A stretch of 64,000 nucleotides of DNA from Scyliorhinus canicula (taxonomy: Eukaryota): positions 56,034,878 through 56,098,877 of the forward strand of contig NC_052163.1 in assembly GCF_902713615.1 (NCBI RefSeq), written 5' to 3'. Made by a program: the position numbers and the translations under genes. The notes beneath the pieces were generated by a model that had not been told where the DNA came from, made no database searches, and saw only the letters and a list, made by a program, of their open reading frames with translations. Position 1 is the stretch's first letter, and the number at the start of each line of letters is the position of its first letter. Positions 50,381 through 63,576 of the stretch are shown piece by piece.

Positions 50381-52109
50381 TATATCTATGAAGAATATGT
50401 GTTCGAGATATATCTCATCAGCCACGTTGATTGGTTTTGGTCGTTCCAATTTTTTATTTGAGAGGCATTGTTTAGCAAAGTGATTTTTGCTTCTGCATTT
50501 GAAGCAGGTTTTCCCAAATGCTGAACATTGCCTTTGCAAATGCTTGTTGCCACATCACTTACATAAAATGGCCGTTTCGGTCAGTGGCTTAAAATGGCCA
50601 CCGCTGCTGGGACCAAGCTTTGCCCTCGGGTGCGTCACAACACTAATTGGGTTGGTTGCCGCTCTGAACTTTGCCCTAAAATTCTTTAAGTTTAGAATGC
50701 AAACCTACTGCGCAGCTGGCTCGTTGGCATGGTAAATTTTAATGAGATCGTCGAGCTCGAGTTCAATCTCCCTCAACAATCTCTCCCGAAATTTGTCATT
50801 ATTAGTCCCGAACACGATTTGATCGTGGATCATCTACACTTGCAAAGTTGCATAATTACATGTCGGTTAAAAAACTGTTGAACAATTACCTTGTCTGTTG
50901 TGTACGCATGCAAAAAAAATTTCAGATTTTTCGGTGCAGTGTCGATCAAACTGTTTCCCGACTTCAACGAAAGTTTTTTTTGTCAGCTTCATTATCAAAA
51001 ACGAAAGTGTTAAAGATTTCTATTACCTGTGGACCTGCTACAATAAGCTGCAACTCTATTCTCCATTCATCAGGCTGCAATTGCAGACCTGGAGCTGCTA
51101 CGTAGAGTGTGAATTGCTGTTTAAAAGCGCACCAATTTGTATCTACATTACCAGTGTCTCGAAGCTGGTGTGGTGTCTTCAGACCTTGCATCCTGAACTT
51201 CGATGCCTCAAAGTGTGCTAAGTGAGATTTACCAGTGCTCTATGTGGTTAGTAGAAAATTATTTTTCTTCTTTCTTCTTGGTTATCTTTGTCTCTGGTCT
51301 TCTGTTACAACGTTAGATTTTCAAACCTGGTACCATGTTAGATCGTCAATCAATGTTATGTTCAGGTGCTTTGCCGGTAGGAATAATGCACAAGAGAAGG
51401 TCTTGTTCTCAACTAGTTAAATGTTTATTTTTAAATACATGCACGGGTCAGATAAACATGAGAAAAATATCCAAAAACTTACTCCAATAAATTATCCAAG
51501 AACTACTACAAATATGACTCTCCCCTATGAAGACTATCTCCAGACTACTTGAGACAGCGTCACATGTTTGTTCTCTGCTACCTCCTGCTGGTTGGAGGTT
51601 GTATACATTACTATTTAAATGATTGCTTATGCATATCATCACACAACATTGATTGGGTTATTGGGCAATCGGTCAGAGGTGAGGAAGGAGGTCCAAAGGT
51701 ATTCAGTCTGTGAGGTTGGAGTCCCAAGTCAGAAGGGGGTTTCAGGTGAAGGTGCACACCTAACTCCCACTCCCTCCCTGTCCCACACTCCATGATCGAG
51801 AATGTTAAAATTTTTTAGCTCCCACCTTGGATTAACGATGCCTGCCAACCTGAAAATTGGGGCTCGGCAGGAAAAGGCCCTTAAGTGGCCATTAAGTAGC
51901 TACTTAAGGGCCTTAATGGGGCAAGGGTAAGCTTTCTGCTCGATGCCTTGCCCGCCCCACCTTAACATCATGTCCGGATCAGGGCAGGCAGGATGCTGTA
52001 TGGAGTGCCATCTATGTAATTTCATGCTCCCCCACTCCCCCTCTCCCCCTTAAAACCTGCGGGTGGGATGAGTGTAAAAGTCAGGCCAGAAGTGGCTGCC
52101 AGTGATTCT

Positions 52110-53755
52110 TTTTGTTTGCAAAATATTTTATTAAGGCATTTGTGATTTTGTAACAGTAACAGTAAACCATATACAAACCGCTAGAAACATTGTGCAAAGA
52201 TACACTACCTCCCTCACAGGTCCCACCTTCCTAGAACAGTAATCCAGACTAACCCCCCCCCCCCCCCCCCCCCCCCCCACCCCCACCTCTGCTGACAGTT
52301 AATTTTCTCTAAAGAAGTCGACAAACGTCTGCCACCTCCGGACGAACCCTAGCATTGACCCTTTCAGGGCGAACCTGGTTTTCTCAAGACAGAGAAAGCC
52401 AGTCATGTCATTGACCCAGGTCTCTGATTTTGGGGGCTTCGAGTCCCTCCATACTAACAGTATCCGTCTCCAGGCCACCAGAGAGGCAAAGGCCAAGACA
52501 GCGGCCTCTCTCACCCCCCTGGATCCCCGGGTCCTCCGACACTCCGCAAATCGCCACCTCTGAACTCGGTGCCACCCTTGTTTTTAACACCGTTGACATG
52601 ATGTCTGCAAACCCCTGCCAGAATCCCCTAAGCTTCCGTCATGCCCAATATAAGTGGACATCGTTTGCTGGCCCTCTCGTGCACCTTCGTGTCTACTATC
52701 CCAATAAACTTGCTCATCCGAGCCACCATCATGTGTGCCCGGTGAATGACCTTAAATTGTATCAGGCTGAGCCTGGCTCATGATGTGGACGTGTTGACCC
52801 TGCTTAACGCATCCGCCCAGAGACCTGCCTCTATCTCTCCCCCTAACTCCTCCTCCCATTTGTGCTTTAGCTCCTCTGTCTGCATTTCCTCTTATTCCAT
52901 GAGTTCTTTATAGATATCTGAAACCTGCCCTAGTCCCACCCATACTTTATAAATTACCCTATTTTGTATCCCACGTGGCGGTATCAGCGGGAACATTGGA
53001 ACCTGCCTTCGCATGAAGTCCGAATCTGCAGATACCTAAACCCGTTCCATCCCGTCAACTCAAACTTCTCCTCTAACTCCCTCAAACTGGGAAGCTCCCA
53101 TCTATAAACAAACCTCCAATCTTCCTGATTCCTGCCTCTGCCATCCCCGAAACTATCTAGTCTCCCTGGGGCAAACCGATGGTTGCTACAGATTGGAGCC
53201 CAAATTGATGCTGCCTCCGCTCTCACATGTTTCCTCCACTGCCACCAGACTCTCAGAGCCGCTACTACCTCCGGGCTTGTGGAGTACCGGGCCGGCGAGA
53301 ACACAGAGGTGCCGTGATCAATGCCCCTAAACTCGTGTCCTTACAAGATGCTGTCTCTACCCTCTCCCACACCAACCCTTCCCCCACTACCCACTTCCTA
53401 AACGCCAGTCCACACTCCCTCCAGCCACACTCCAGAATCATCTTCTTCACTTGAGGGGTTTTACCCGCCCAAACAAAACCGGAGATCAACTTATTTACCC
53501 GCTTGAAAAAGGCCTTTGGAATAAAGATGGGGAAGCAATGAAAAACAAAAGGAATCTCGGGAGCACCGTCATTTTCACTGTCTGTACCCTCCCTGTCAGT
53601 GATAACGGGAGCATATCCCACCTTCGGAAATCCTCTTTCATTTGTCTCACTAAGCGGGTCAAGTTTAGTTTATGTAACAGCCCCCGTCTCGTGCCACCTG
53701 GATCCCTAAATAACGGAAACTACCTCCCACCACTTTGAACGGCAGTTCTCCCAGT
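52110..53755 (-). mobile_element. 5'-truncated L1, same family as 596-2535
   Basis: FRYLGIQV, FPIFIPKAFFKRVNKLISGFVWAGK, EKTRFALKGSMLGFVRRW; 15-bp TSD GCTGCCAGTGATTCT (52095-52109, 53756-53770). Confidence 0.9.
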
Positions 53756-54224
53756 GCTGCCAGTGATTCTATACTCCTCCGGAGAGGATGCTGTCCAGGC
53801 CCCACAAACTGCAACCCTAAACAATCGGTGAATTAATGAAAACTTTCCATTTTGTAATGGAGTCTCCCTGTAGAAACCCGAGAAAATATTGAAGGCGGCG
53901 TAACTTGGGTTTTGACAATGTACTATCTTCAGAATTATTGCTAAGCACCCTGAAAAGCTATTTTTATATTGCTGGAATGTCCTTATGGAACAAATTCTAC
54001 ATATTTGTAAAATAAGTTTGTTTATCATATTACAACTTCTATCTTAATCCATTCATTATTCATTTATTTTACTGTCTGAAATATTAAATGGAAAATCAAG
54101 GAAAATATGCTTTGAGCTTTCTGTTTTCATCTTTAAGAAGAGCACTGTACTATTGGCTGCACAACCTGCTTGCTAATATCAGTACTGCTGAATGCCTGGA
54201 GATCCATATGATGCCAGGTTTTAA

Positions 54225-54850
54225 TAGGCGATGATGGTGCAGTGGGACTGTCACTGGCTGGTAATCCAGAGGCCCAGTTTAATATCTTGCAACATGGGTT
54301 CAAATCCCAACACAGCAGCTGGTGGAATTTAAACTCAATTAATAAATCTGGAATATAAAGCTAGTCTCAGTAGTAGCGATGACAACTATTGTTGTGAAAA
54401 CACATCTGGTTCAGTAATGTCCTTAAGGGAAGTATAATAATCCAGGAGACACAATTTGAAAATCAAAAGATTTAGCCAATTTTATTTTAAACTCAAAGGT
54501 AAAGCTGCACCCATGGATAGTGTCCCAGCTCAGGACTAACAGAACTCCCAATCCGGAATGTATTTGAAGGACTCGAAAATGAGTCCCAGCTGGACAGGCC
54601 TCCGCCCATTCCCATGGGAACTCGTACTCCATGACCCCAAGGGGAGAACAATAAATGGCCCCTCGTGGTCCTCGTGAGGGTTATCACAGAATGGGAACCT
54701 GCCGTCCTTTATTGGTCTTGTCAACATGTGACTCCAGATCCACAGCAATGTGTTTGACTCTTAACCCCCTTGAACCCAGTTCAAGGGCAATTCGGGATGG
54801 GCAACAGAATCTGGCCTTGCCACTGATGCCCACATTCCATGAAAAAGAAT
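54225..54850 (+). mobile_element. Old SINE head (54225-54430) and related tail fragment (54690-54850)
   Basis: tRNA-like head with GGTTCAAATCCC; AAGGGCAATT.GGGATGGGCAA tail also seen at 17170-17230. Confidence 0.55.
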
Positions 54851-55589
54851 AAAGAAAAAAATCCCATTGGGGAAGAGGGAAATCCATGCGAGAGATGGGA
54901 GGCTTTTTTTGAGGTCAGCAGCGAGCAACGTTTCTTCTGACTGCAAAATCCACCCGAGTACAGGTGGACAGCTTATATGAAGAATGGGAAAGAGGGAAAG
55001 AATATGGGAACACAAACAATGACCACACATGGAGGGTAAACTGTAGAATGACTTGTTAAAAGTGAATCAAGAAATCGTTACCGTGTAGTAATAATGTGGA
55101 GGGGGGACACAGGCAGACACAATATGAAATCAATGCAAAAACCAAGAAAGAAAAGACATTCAAGGCATTGTGCAATAGTGGAGTACGAGCGACATAAGAT
55201 AAGCCACAATGGAATAGAAAATTTCGAAAGATGTCCCCACCATTGGCGTGCAGGAGATGCTGAAGAGGTTTAGGTGAGCAAAGAAGGACAGGTTCCAGTC
55301 AGCATCCTAGGAGTTTGGGAATTCAGGATTCACTGTGGGCTACCTTGCTTGCACAGTGTTCCAGCAGAGGCAGTGGTTGGTCCAGTTTATCTCTCGTACA
55401 CCCACCCCCCACCCCCCCATAAACACTAGTACACCCATCCTACACTTCCAGAACCTTCTGCCAGAGAGAGGATGGGAGCTATTGTTACGGACAGAAGTTA
55501 TTAAAATTGAGGGGACTACATCTGTATTTCTCAAAGCTTCAAAGAGTGACCTCAGTGAAACTTGCAAAATGTTTTCAGTCATGGCAAGA

Positions 55590-55912
55590 TGGATATAGAT
55601 TAGATATTTCCCCCTGTTGATGAGTTTGGAAACAAGGGACAAAATCTCAGGATAAGGAGTCGGCCTTAAGAATGAGATGAGGAATAATGTCTTCACTCAG
55701 AAGGTGGTGAATCTTTGGAATTCTTTATTCCAGGAGGCTGTGGAAGACTAATCATTGAGCATGTTCGACAGAAATCGACAAATTTCAGGAGTTGAATGGC
55801 ATCCAGTGATATTGAGATAGTGCAGGAAAGTAATGTGGAGGTACATAATCAGCCATGATCTAACTGAATGGCAAAGTAAGTTTGATGGCCGACTGCTGTT
55901 CCTGTGTTCCTA
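55590..55912 (+). mobile_element. Old CR1 3' end
   Basis: TTCACTCAGAAGGTGGTGAATCTTTGGAATTCT...CAGCCATGATCTAACTGAATGG. Confidence 0.65.
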
Positions 55913-56619
55913 AGTTAACACTAAAGCTCAGTGGGTTAACATCCAAGTAGAAATTTGTACTTGGTTGTTATGCTTGGATCAGCTCTCCTTAGAAATAAAT
56001 CTACATGAATTTGACTTTATTTCAAAGGACTGAACTAATATTGTAGCTAATTTTAAAACTGAAACTATACATCAAGTTCCAATTTATACATTTGACTACT
56101 GCATGTGTACACTATTACAGCCTGTATCCAAAATAAACTTTTCCTAATACTTTGGACAATCAGTCAAAAATGTCAACTGATATACCGTGGATTCCTGCCC
56201 AGAATCTGCAGGCTTCCAGTCCAGTATAATATCCATCAGGCCACGATTTATTTTCTACACAAGTGTGATGGTAAGACACATCGGGCTGATTTGCTTTACC
56301 AGTCTACTGTTCAGTTTGCTTAGAAAAACTGAGGTGTCCGCACGTCAAATCTCCACAGCAAAACTTTAACCCCTTGCTCACTGACCAGCAGGAACTCAAC
56401 GAACTCCATTGTGGAGTAGAGCTTGAACACCGGAACATGATTCAGCATACTTAGTCGACAAACAGGTGTGTGCTTTATTTCAACATTTAAGTCAGCAAGC
56501 CAGTTGGTGAAGGTTAGAACTGGAACCAATCTTTTATATATTTTTTATATTTATATTTAATAGGAAATGGGGACAGGGGGACATTTTGGCCAATTGTCTC
56601 TGCCCTCCTTTCAAGCAGA

Positions 56620-57455
56620 TAGAACATAGAACATAGAACACTACAGCTCAGTACGGGCCCTTCGGCCCTCGATGTTGCGCCGACCTGTGAAACCATCTGA
56701 AGCCTATCTGACCTACACTATTCCATTTTCATCCATATGTCTATCCAGTGACCACTTAAATGCCCTTAAAGTTGGCGAGTCTACTACTATTGCAGGCAGG
56801 GCGTTCCACACCCCTACTACTCTCTGAATAAAGAAACTGCCTCTGACATCTGTCCTATATCTATCACCCCTCAATTTAAAGCTATGTCCCCTCGTGTTGG
56901 TCATCACCATCCGAGGAAAAACTCTCACTGTCCACCCTATTTAACCCTCTGACTATCTTATATGTCTCTATTAAATCACCTCTCAGCCTTCTCCTCTCTA
57001 ACGAAAACAACCTCAATTCCCTGAGCCTTTCCTCGTAAGACCTTCCCTCCATACCAGGCAACATCCTAGTAAATCTCCTCTGAACCCTTTCCAAAGCTTC
57101 CACATCCTTCCTATAATGTGGTGACCAGAACTGCACGCAGTACTCCAGGTGCGGCCGCACCAGAGTTATGTATAGCTGCAGCATGACCTTGTGGTTCCGA
57201 AACTCAATCCCCCTGCTTATAAAGGCTAGCACACCATATGCCTTCTTAACAGCCCTATTAACCTGGGTGGCAACTTTCAGGGATTTATGTACCTGGATGC
57301 CGAGATCTCTCTGTTCATCTACACTACCAAGAATCTTGCCATTAGCCCAGTACTCTGCATTCCTGTTACTCCTTCCAAAGTGAACCACCTCACACTTTTC
57401 CGCATTAAACTCCATCTGCCACCTCTCAGCCCAGCTCTGCAGCTTATCTATGTCA
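56620..57455 (-). mobile_element. Young 5'-truncated CR1/HER1
   Basis: MEFNAEKCEV...RPHLEYCVQFWSP; (TAGAACA)3 tail; probable TSD GCAGAT. Confidence 0.9.
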
Positions 57456-57594
57456 TGGCAGATCTTCTATTAGGCGCCATCTGACGACTCTATCCTCATA
57501 TTCCTGAATATCTTTACCATCCATAAATATATCAATCTCTGTCTTGAATATACTCAATGACTGAGCCTCCACAGCCATTTGGTGTAAAGAATTC

Positions 57595-57800
57595 TGTTAT
57601 ATTCACAATGTGTCGCAAAGAGAAAAGGTATGGAGGTGACACGTACCTGAATTTCTGACAAATACGCTGCGAGGTTGACTCGGAGAGGTTGTTCAAACAA
57701 TACTAAGATGGAGAACTGAAGCCCACACAAACACTCTGCTGACGTCACTACAGATCATGTGACATTCCACCAGCAGGGATGTATTCTTTAATACATAACA
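57595..57800. mobile_element. 206-bp solo LTR
   Basis: TGTTAT...ATAACA ends; TSD AATTC (57590-57594, 57801-57805). Confidence 0.85.
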
Positions 57801-58139
57801 AATTCCAAAGAATCATCAGCCCCTGACTAAAGCAATTCCTCCTCATTTCAGTCCTAAATGGTTTACCACCTACTCTGAGACTGTGCCCGTTGTTCTAGAC
57901 CCACCCTTTCCAGGGGAAACATCCTTCCTGCATCAACACTGTTGAGCCCTCTAATAAATTGGTACACTTTCATGAGATCACCTCCCATTCTTCTGAAGTT
58001 TAGAGAACACAGGCCCAGTATTCGCAATCCCGCCTCATAGGACAACCCCGCCACCCCAAGAATCAGTTCGGTGAACCTACTTTGCACTTCCTCTATGGCA
58101 AGTACATCCTTCCTGAGGGAATGATAACAAAATGATAAC

Positions 58140-59745
58140 AATATTTACAAATGAGAGGGGCCATATTGTTGGAGAGGACAGTGTGAAACAGACTGGTAAG
58201 CTCGAGGAGATACTTGTTCGGAAGGAAGATGTGTTGGGAATTTTGAAAAACTTGAGGATAGACAAGTCCCCCGGGCCTGACGGGATATATCCAAAGATTC
58301 TATGGGAGGCAAGAAATGAAATTGCAGAGCCGTTGGCAATGATCTTTTCATCCTCGCTGTCAACAGGGGTGGTACCAGAGGATTGGAGAGTGGCGAATGT
58401 CGTGCCCCTGTTCAAAAAAGGGAATCGGGATAACCCTGGGAATTACAGGCCAGTTAGTCTTACTTCGGTGATAGACAAAGTAACGGAAAGGGTACTGAGG
58501 GATAGTATTTCTGAGCATCTGGAAAGACACTGCTTGATAGGGATAGTCAGCACGGATTTGTGAGGGGTAGGTCTTGCCTTACAAGTCTTATTGACTTCTT
58601 TGAGGAGGTGACCAAGCATGTGGATGAAGGCAAAGCAGTGGATGTGGTGTACGTGGATTTTAGTAATGCATTTGATAAGGTTCCCCATGGTAGGCTTATG
58701 CAGAAAGTAAGGAGGCATGGGATAGTGGGAAATTTGGTCAGTTGGATAACAAACTGGCTAACCGATAGATGACAGAGAGTGGTGGAGGATGGCAAACATT
58801 CAGCCTGGAGCCCAGTTACCAGTGGCATACCACAGGGATCAGTTCTGGGTCCTCTGCTGTTTGTGATTTTCATTAACGACTTGGATGAGGGAGTTGAAGG
58901 GTGGGTCAGTAAATTTGCAGATGATACGAAGATTGGTGGAGTTGTGGATAGTGAGGAGGGCTGTTGTCGGCTTCAAAGAGACATAGATAGGATGCAGAGC
59001 TGGGCTGAGAAGTGGCAGATGGAGTTTAACCCTGACAAGTGTGAGGTTGTCCATTTTGGAAGGACAAATATGAATGCGGAATACAGGGTTAACGGTAGGG
59101 TTCTTGGCAATGTAGAGGAGCAGAGAGATCTTGGGGTCTATGTTCATAGATCTTTGAAAGTTGCCACTCAAGTGGATAGAGCTGTGAAGAAGGCCTATGG
59201 TGTGCTAGCGTTCATTAGCAGAGGGATTGAATTTAAGAGTTGTGAGGTGATGATGCAGCTGTACAAAACCTTGGTCAGGCCACATTTGGAGTACTGTGTG
59301 CAGTTCTGGTCACCTCATTTTAGGAAGGATGTGGAAGCTTTGGAAAAGGTGCAAAGGAGATTTACCAGGATGTTGCCTGGAATGGAGAGTAGGTCTTACG
59401 AGGAAAGGTTGAGGGTGTGCTAGGCCTTTTCTCATTAGAACGGAGAAGGATGAGGGGCGACTTGATAGAGATTTATAAGATGATCAGGGGAATAGATAGA
59501 GTAGACAGTCAGAGACTTTTTCCCCGGGTGGAACACACCATTACAAGGGGACATAAATTTAAGATAAATGGTGGAAGATATAGGGGGGATGTCAGAGGTA
59601 GGTTCTTTACCCAGAGAGTAGTGGGGGCATGGAATGCACTGCATGTGGAAGTAGTTGATTCGGAAACGTTAGGGACCTTCAAGCGGCTATTGGATAGGTA
59701 CATGGATTAGGGTAGAATAATGGAGTGTAGATTAATTTCTTCTTA
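58140..59745 (+). mobile_element. Young CR1/HER1 ORF2 RT fragment, disabled
   Basis: KSPGPDG, NYRPVSL, DFSNAFD, GIPQGSVLGP, KFADD, FFTQRVVGAWNAL. Confidence 0.92.
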
Positions 59746-59746
59746 T

Positions 59747-59955
59747 GGGCAGCACGGTAGCATTGTGGATAGCACAATTGCTTTACAGCTCCAGGGTCCC
59801 AAGTTCGATTTCGACTTGGGTCACTGTCTGTGTGGAGTCTGCACATCCTCCCCGTGTGTGCGTGGGTTTCCTCCGGGTGCTCCGGTTTCCTCCCAAAGTC
59901 CAAAGATGTGCAGGTTGGGTGGATTGGCCATGATAAATTGTCCTTAGTGTCCAAA
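59747..59955 (+). mobile_element. 3'-truncated V-SINE
   Basis: Head and core present, tail missing. Confidence 0.85.
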
Positions 59956-61145
59956 TTTCTAACTGTACACAATACTCCAAGTGCGGTCTCACCAAGGCTC
60001 TGTACAACTGCAGCAAGAATTCTTTACTCTTGTATTCAAATCCTTTTGCAATAAAGGCGATCATACCATTTGCCTTCTTAATTACTGTTGAAGCTGCGTT
60101 GAATCATAAACAAGGACAGCTAGGTCTCTGTGGATGTCAACACTTTCCAATTTCTCACCATTCAACAAATACTCTGCATTTCAATTTTTCCTACCAAAGT
60201 GGATAACTTCACATCTTTTTCACATGATAGGGGTGATTTTGAGCCTGCGCTAGCCCTCAGAGTAAACTTCGACACAGGCCCAAAATGTTATGAGAGTCGG
60301 GAAATAGGTTTTCACCGACGTGTTCACGTTTTCCGATTTTCCACGCCTCTCACCGCTGATGTAACAAAGTTCCCACGTGGGTCCTGCTCCGGATGCCTGT
60401 ATCCCACACCGAATGTCTGGACCATGCTCACTGGCACCTCCGCCCCCTGGGCCCCACTCCCCAGCACCTCCGATCCCTGGGCGATGAGTCCCAGCATCTC
60501 AGCTCGCTGGGCATTGCTCCCCAGCCTTTGGCTCCCCAGGTTCTAAACTTACCACCACTAGTGTTTGCTGCTTCTCGAATCACAGGTTCTTTTTCTTCCA
60601 TTTTTGCTGTTGATAGGCTCACTAGTCAGTCTATCAGCAACAAACATGGGAAAGAAGCCGCTTGTTATTGGAGGAGTAGCTCCATGCAGAACCTTCCATT
60701 CAAACTGACCTATTTGACCAACATATTGAAAACTGCCTCCGCAGGCCACATAGAGGAGTTTTATGGGCCACACACAATCCTTAACTTCTTGTGTCAGCCA
60801 CGATTGGATACTGTTCCTGCTGGATTTTGTGCCGTAAAGGAATTTGTGGACCATGTATTAATTATTTAAATGGTAGCCATTGCCTGTCTCCATTCATACC
60901 TTTTAATGTAGTGACACAATTTACCACAGCCAACTTGCCCCCAAACTTTAATAGTTTCCTTTGTTCGATTTAAGACATTAGTTTTGTTATATTTTTTATT
61001 TTAAAATATTTTTTATACATATTTATGGAGGTGCACAATACCAGCACACACGTCATGATGCAACAACCATAGTTTCAGTTTGCAACTATTTATGCCTCCT
61101 CTGATCCAATCAGAATGTTGCCAATAACTAATGTTACAATCGGGT

Positions 61146-61485
61146 GGGGCAGCACAGCAGCACAGTGGTTAGCACAGTTGCTTCACAGCACCAGAGTCCC
61201 AAGTTCAATTCCCGGCTTGGGTCACTGTCTGTGTGGAGTCTGCACCTTATCTTCGTGCTTGTGTGGGTTTCCTCCGGGTGCTCCGGTTTCCTCCCACAGT
61301 CCAAAGATGTGCAGGTTAGGTGGATTGGTCATGGTAAATTGCCCTTAGTGTCCAAAAAGGTGGGGTTACTGGGTTATGGGGATAGGGTGTAGGTTTGAGC
61401 TTGGGTCGGGTGCACTTTCCAAGGGCCAGAGCAGACTTGATGGGCCGAATAACCTCCTTTTGCACTGTAAATTCTATGATTTTAT
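61146..61485 (+). mobile_element. Full V-SINE with CR1-type tail
   Basis: Head, core and GATGGGCCGAA...TTCTATGATTTTATG tail. Confidence 0.88.
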
Positions 61486-62435
61486 GAGTGAACTGGCTCC
61501 CTATTATTGAACCCCTTTGATTGGGCTAACAAAGGTTTTAAAATATATTTTCCAAGTAAATGCCTTTTCTAATTCAAATGTCTTTACATTTCAAAAAGGG
61601 ACGGTCAAACCAGGTGTTGTTGAGTCATAGAAAAAGTAATCCTATTTGTTACTCAGCCCGAGTGAAAAATAATAAAAGACACAATGCCACACGCACACAG
61701 ATCTCAGAAGAAAAAAAGTTAAAGTGCAAATAAAAGTTAAAAGAATGTACAATTCAATCCTTTGCTTCCCCCCTGAGGTATAGATTATTGAATGTTGTGG
61801 CCATTTAAAGTCAGATGGTTTCCTTTAAAATCTAGGAGTTGAATTGAAGTTCACGTAACTACACATCGCTGGAGTCAATTTTAGCTTCAGAGGGACAGAG
61901 AAAGAGATTTCTTTCTGCCCCCTCCAGCAGTGTTACCAGTTGGCTTTTCTTTTTCCTTCTGATTTGGAAAAATCAATTCTTAAACCTCCTGTCTGTATAT
62001 TCCAAGAAGGAATTTGATTAACATGTCTGGCAGTCATTTTTGTGAAACAATTAATTGCATTTTGATCTCAGATCTCATAGTACAAACTGACAGAAGATAG
62101 AGTTATTTTTCCTTGACAGGGGATTCACATGTTTGTTGAGTATCTGACTGGTCAGCGGTTCCCATAATCTTGACAGTCTTTTAATGCCATTTTTCAAGAG
62201 TCCCTGTTTGAAGTGGATCTTGACAATCCCAGGTATGAAATGTCATGCAATGTATCAGTGCAGGCCTGCAGTGTAATCCATACAGGAACATTCCAGAAAA
62301 GTGTCAAACGTACAACCATATATCAGGTGACTGGTGATAGCTATTTTTTGGTGGTGTCTTCTCTTGTATTGTAAAAATAACAGAGTCTCCTTATCAGTTT
62401 AATAGGTATTTTGGTTAACTGGCTAAGTATAGGTA

Positions 62436-63576
62436 CAGTAAGAAGTCTTACAACACCAGGTTAAAGTCCAACAGGTTTGTTTCGAATCACTAGTTTTCGG
62501 ACCACAGCTCCTTCCTCAGGTGAATGAAGAGGTGGGTTCCAGAAACATTTATATAGACAAAGTCAAAGATGCAATAATATACTTTGAATGCGAGTCTTTG
62601 CAAGTAATTAAGTCTACATGTCCAGACGGAGCAACTGGAGAGAAGGATAATCACAGGTTAAAGAGGTGTGAATTGTCTCAAGCCAGGACAGTTGGTGGGG
62701 GGTGACTGTGATGCGACATGAACCCAAGGTCCCGGTTGAGGCCATACTCATGTGTGCGGAACTCAGCTATAAGTTTCTGCTCGGCGATTCTGCGTTGTCG
62801 CACGTCCTGAAGGCCGCCTTGGAGAAGGCTTAGCAGAAGATCAGAGACTGAATGCCCTTGATTGCTGAAGTGTTCCCCAACTGGAAGGGAACATTCCTGC
62901 CTGGTGACTGTCGCGCGATGTCCGTTCATCCGTTGTTGCAGTGTCTGCATGGTCTCGCCAATGTATCACACTTCGGGAGATCCTTTCCTACAGCGTATGA
63001 GGTAGACAATGTTGGCCGAGTCACACGAGTATGTACCACGTACCTGATTGGTGGTATTCTCACATGTAATAGTGGTACCCATGTCGATGATCTGGCATGT
63101 CTTGCAGAGATTGCCATGGCAGGGCTGTGTGGTGTTGTGGTCGCTGTTCTGAAGGCTGGGCAGTTTGCTGCAAACAATGTTTGCTTGAGGTTGCGCGGTT
63201 GTTTGAAGGCAAGTAGTGGGGGTGTGCGAATGACCTTGGCAAGATGTTTGTCTTCATCGATGATGTGTTGAAGGCTGTGAAAAAGATGAGTCGTAGTTTC
63301 TTCGCTCCGGGGAAGTACTGGAGGACCAAGGGTACTCTGTCAGTTGTGTCCCATGTTTGATTTCTGAGGAGGTCGGTGCGGTTTTTGCTATGGCACGTTG
63401 GAACTGCCGATCAATGAGTCAATGCGCCATATCCCATTCATACAAGGGCATCTTTCAGCATCTGTAGATATCTGCTACGCTCCCCCTCATCTGAGCAGAT
63501 CCTGTGTATATGGAGGGCTTGTCCATAGGGGATGGCTTCTTTAATGTGTTTCGGGTGGAACTGGAGAAGTGGAGCA
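62436..63576 (-). mobile_element. 5'-truncated Penelope-like element (RT thumb remnant, GIY-YIG endonuclease, 3' pLTR)
   Basis: GETMQTLQQRMNGHR...PVGEHFSNQGHS...IAEQKLIAEFRTHEYGLNRD; 12-bp TSD TAAGTATAGGTA (62424-62435, 63577-63588). Confidence 0.88.
62486..62524 (-). ncRNA. Degenerate minimal hammerhead ribozyme in the PLE terminal repeat
   Basis: Minus strand UCAC-CUGAGGA-AGGAGCUGUGGUCC-GAAA-ACUA-GUGA: CUGANGA and GAAA core boxes, stem I UCAC/GUGA, imperfect stem II. Confidence 0.55.

Larger units (their letters stand above)
44215..51643 (-). mobile_element. Old full-length Gypsy element with diverged LTRs (44215-44505 and about 51336-51643) and several nested insertions
   Basis: gag (NWCAFKQQF, CSAFGKTCFKCRSKNHFAKQC), protease (KLYTGA), RT (FSKLDASQFFWQ), RNase H (ETDHRPL), integrase (IHEGHLG..ENCATC, SDNGP, QSNGKAE); PBS TGGTACCAGG; PPT at 44506. 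Confidence 0.88.
57520..60215 (-). mobile_element. Older CR1, split by a solo LTR and by a plus-strand CR1 followed by a SINE
   Basis: LYRALVRPHLEYCVQ (59960-60064) continues as FCYHSLRKDVLAIEEVQ (up to 58130). Confidence 0.75.

Noticed and set aside
53720-54028. 102-aa minus-strand ORF as a gene
   Set aside because: It runs into the L1 5' junction and has no recognisable motifs or convincing splice context.
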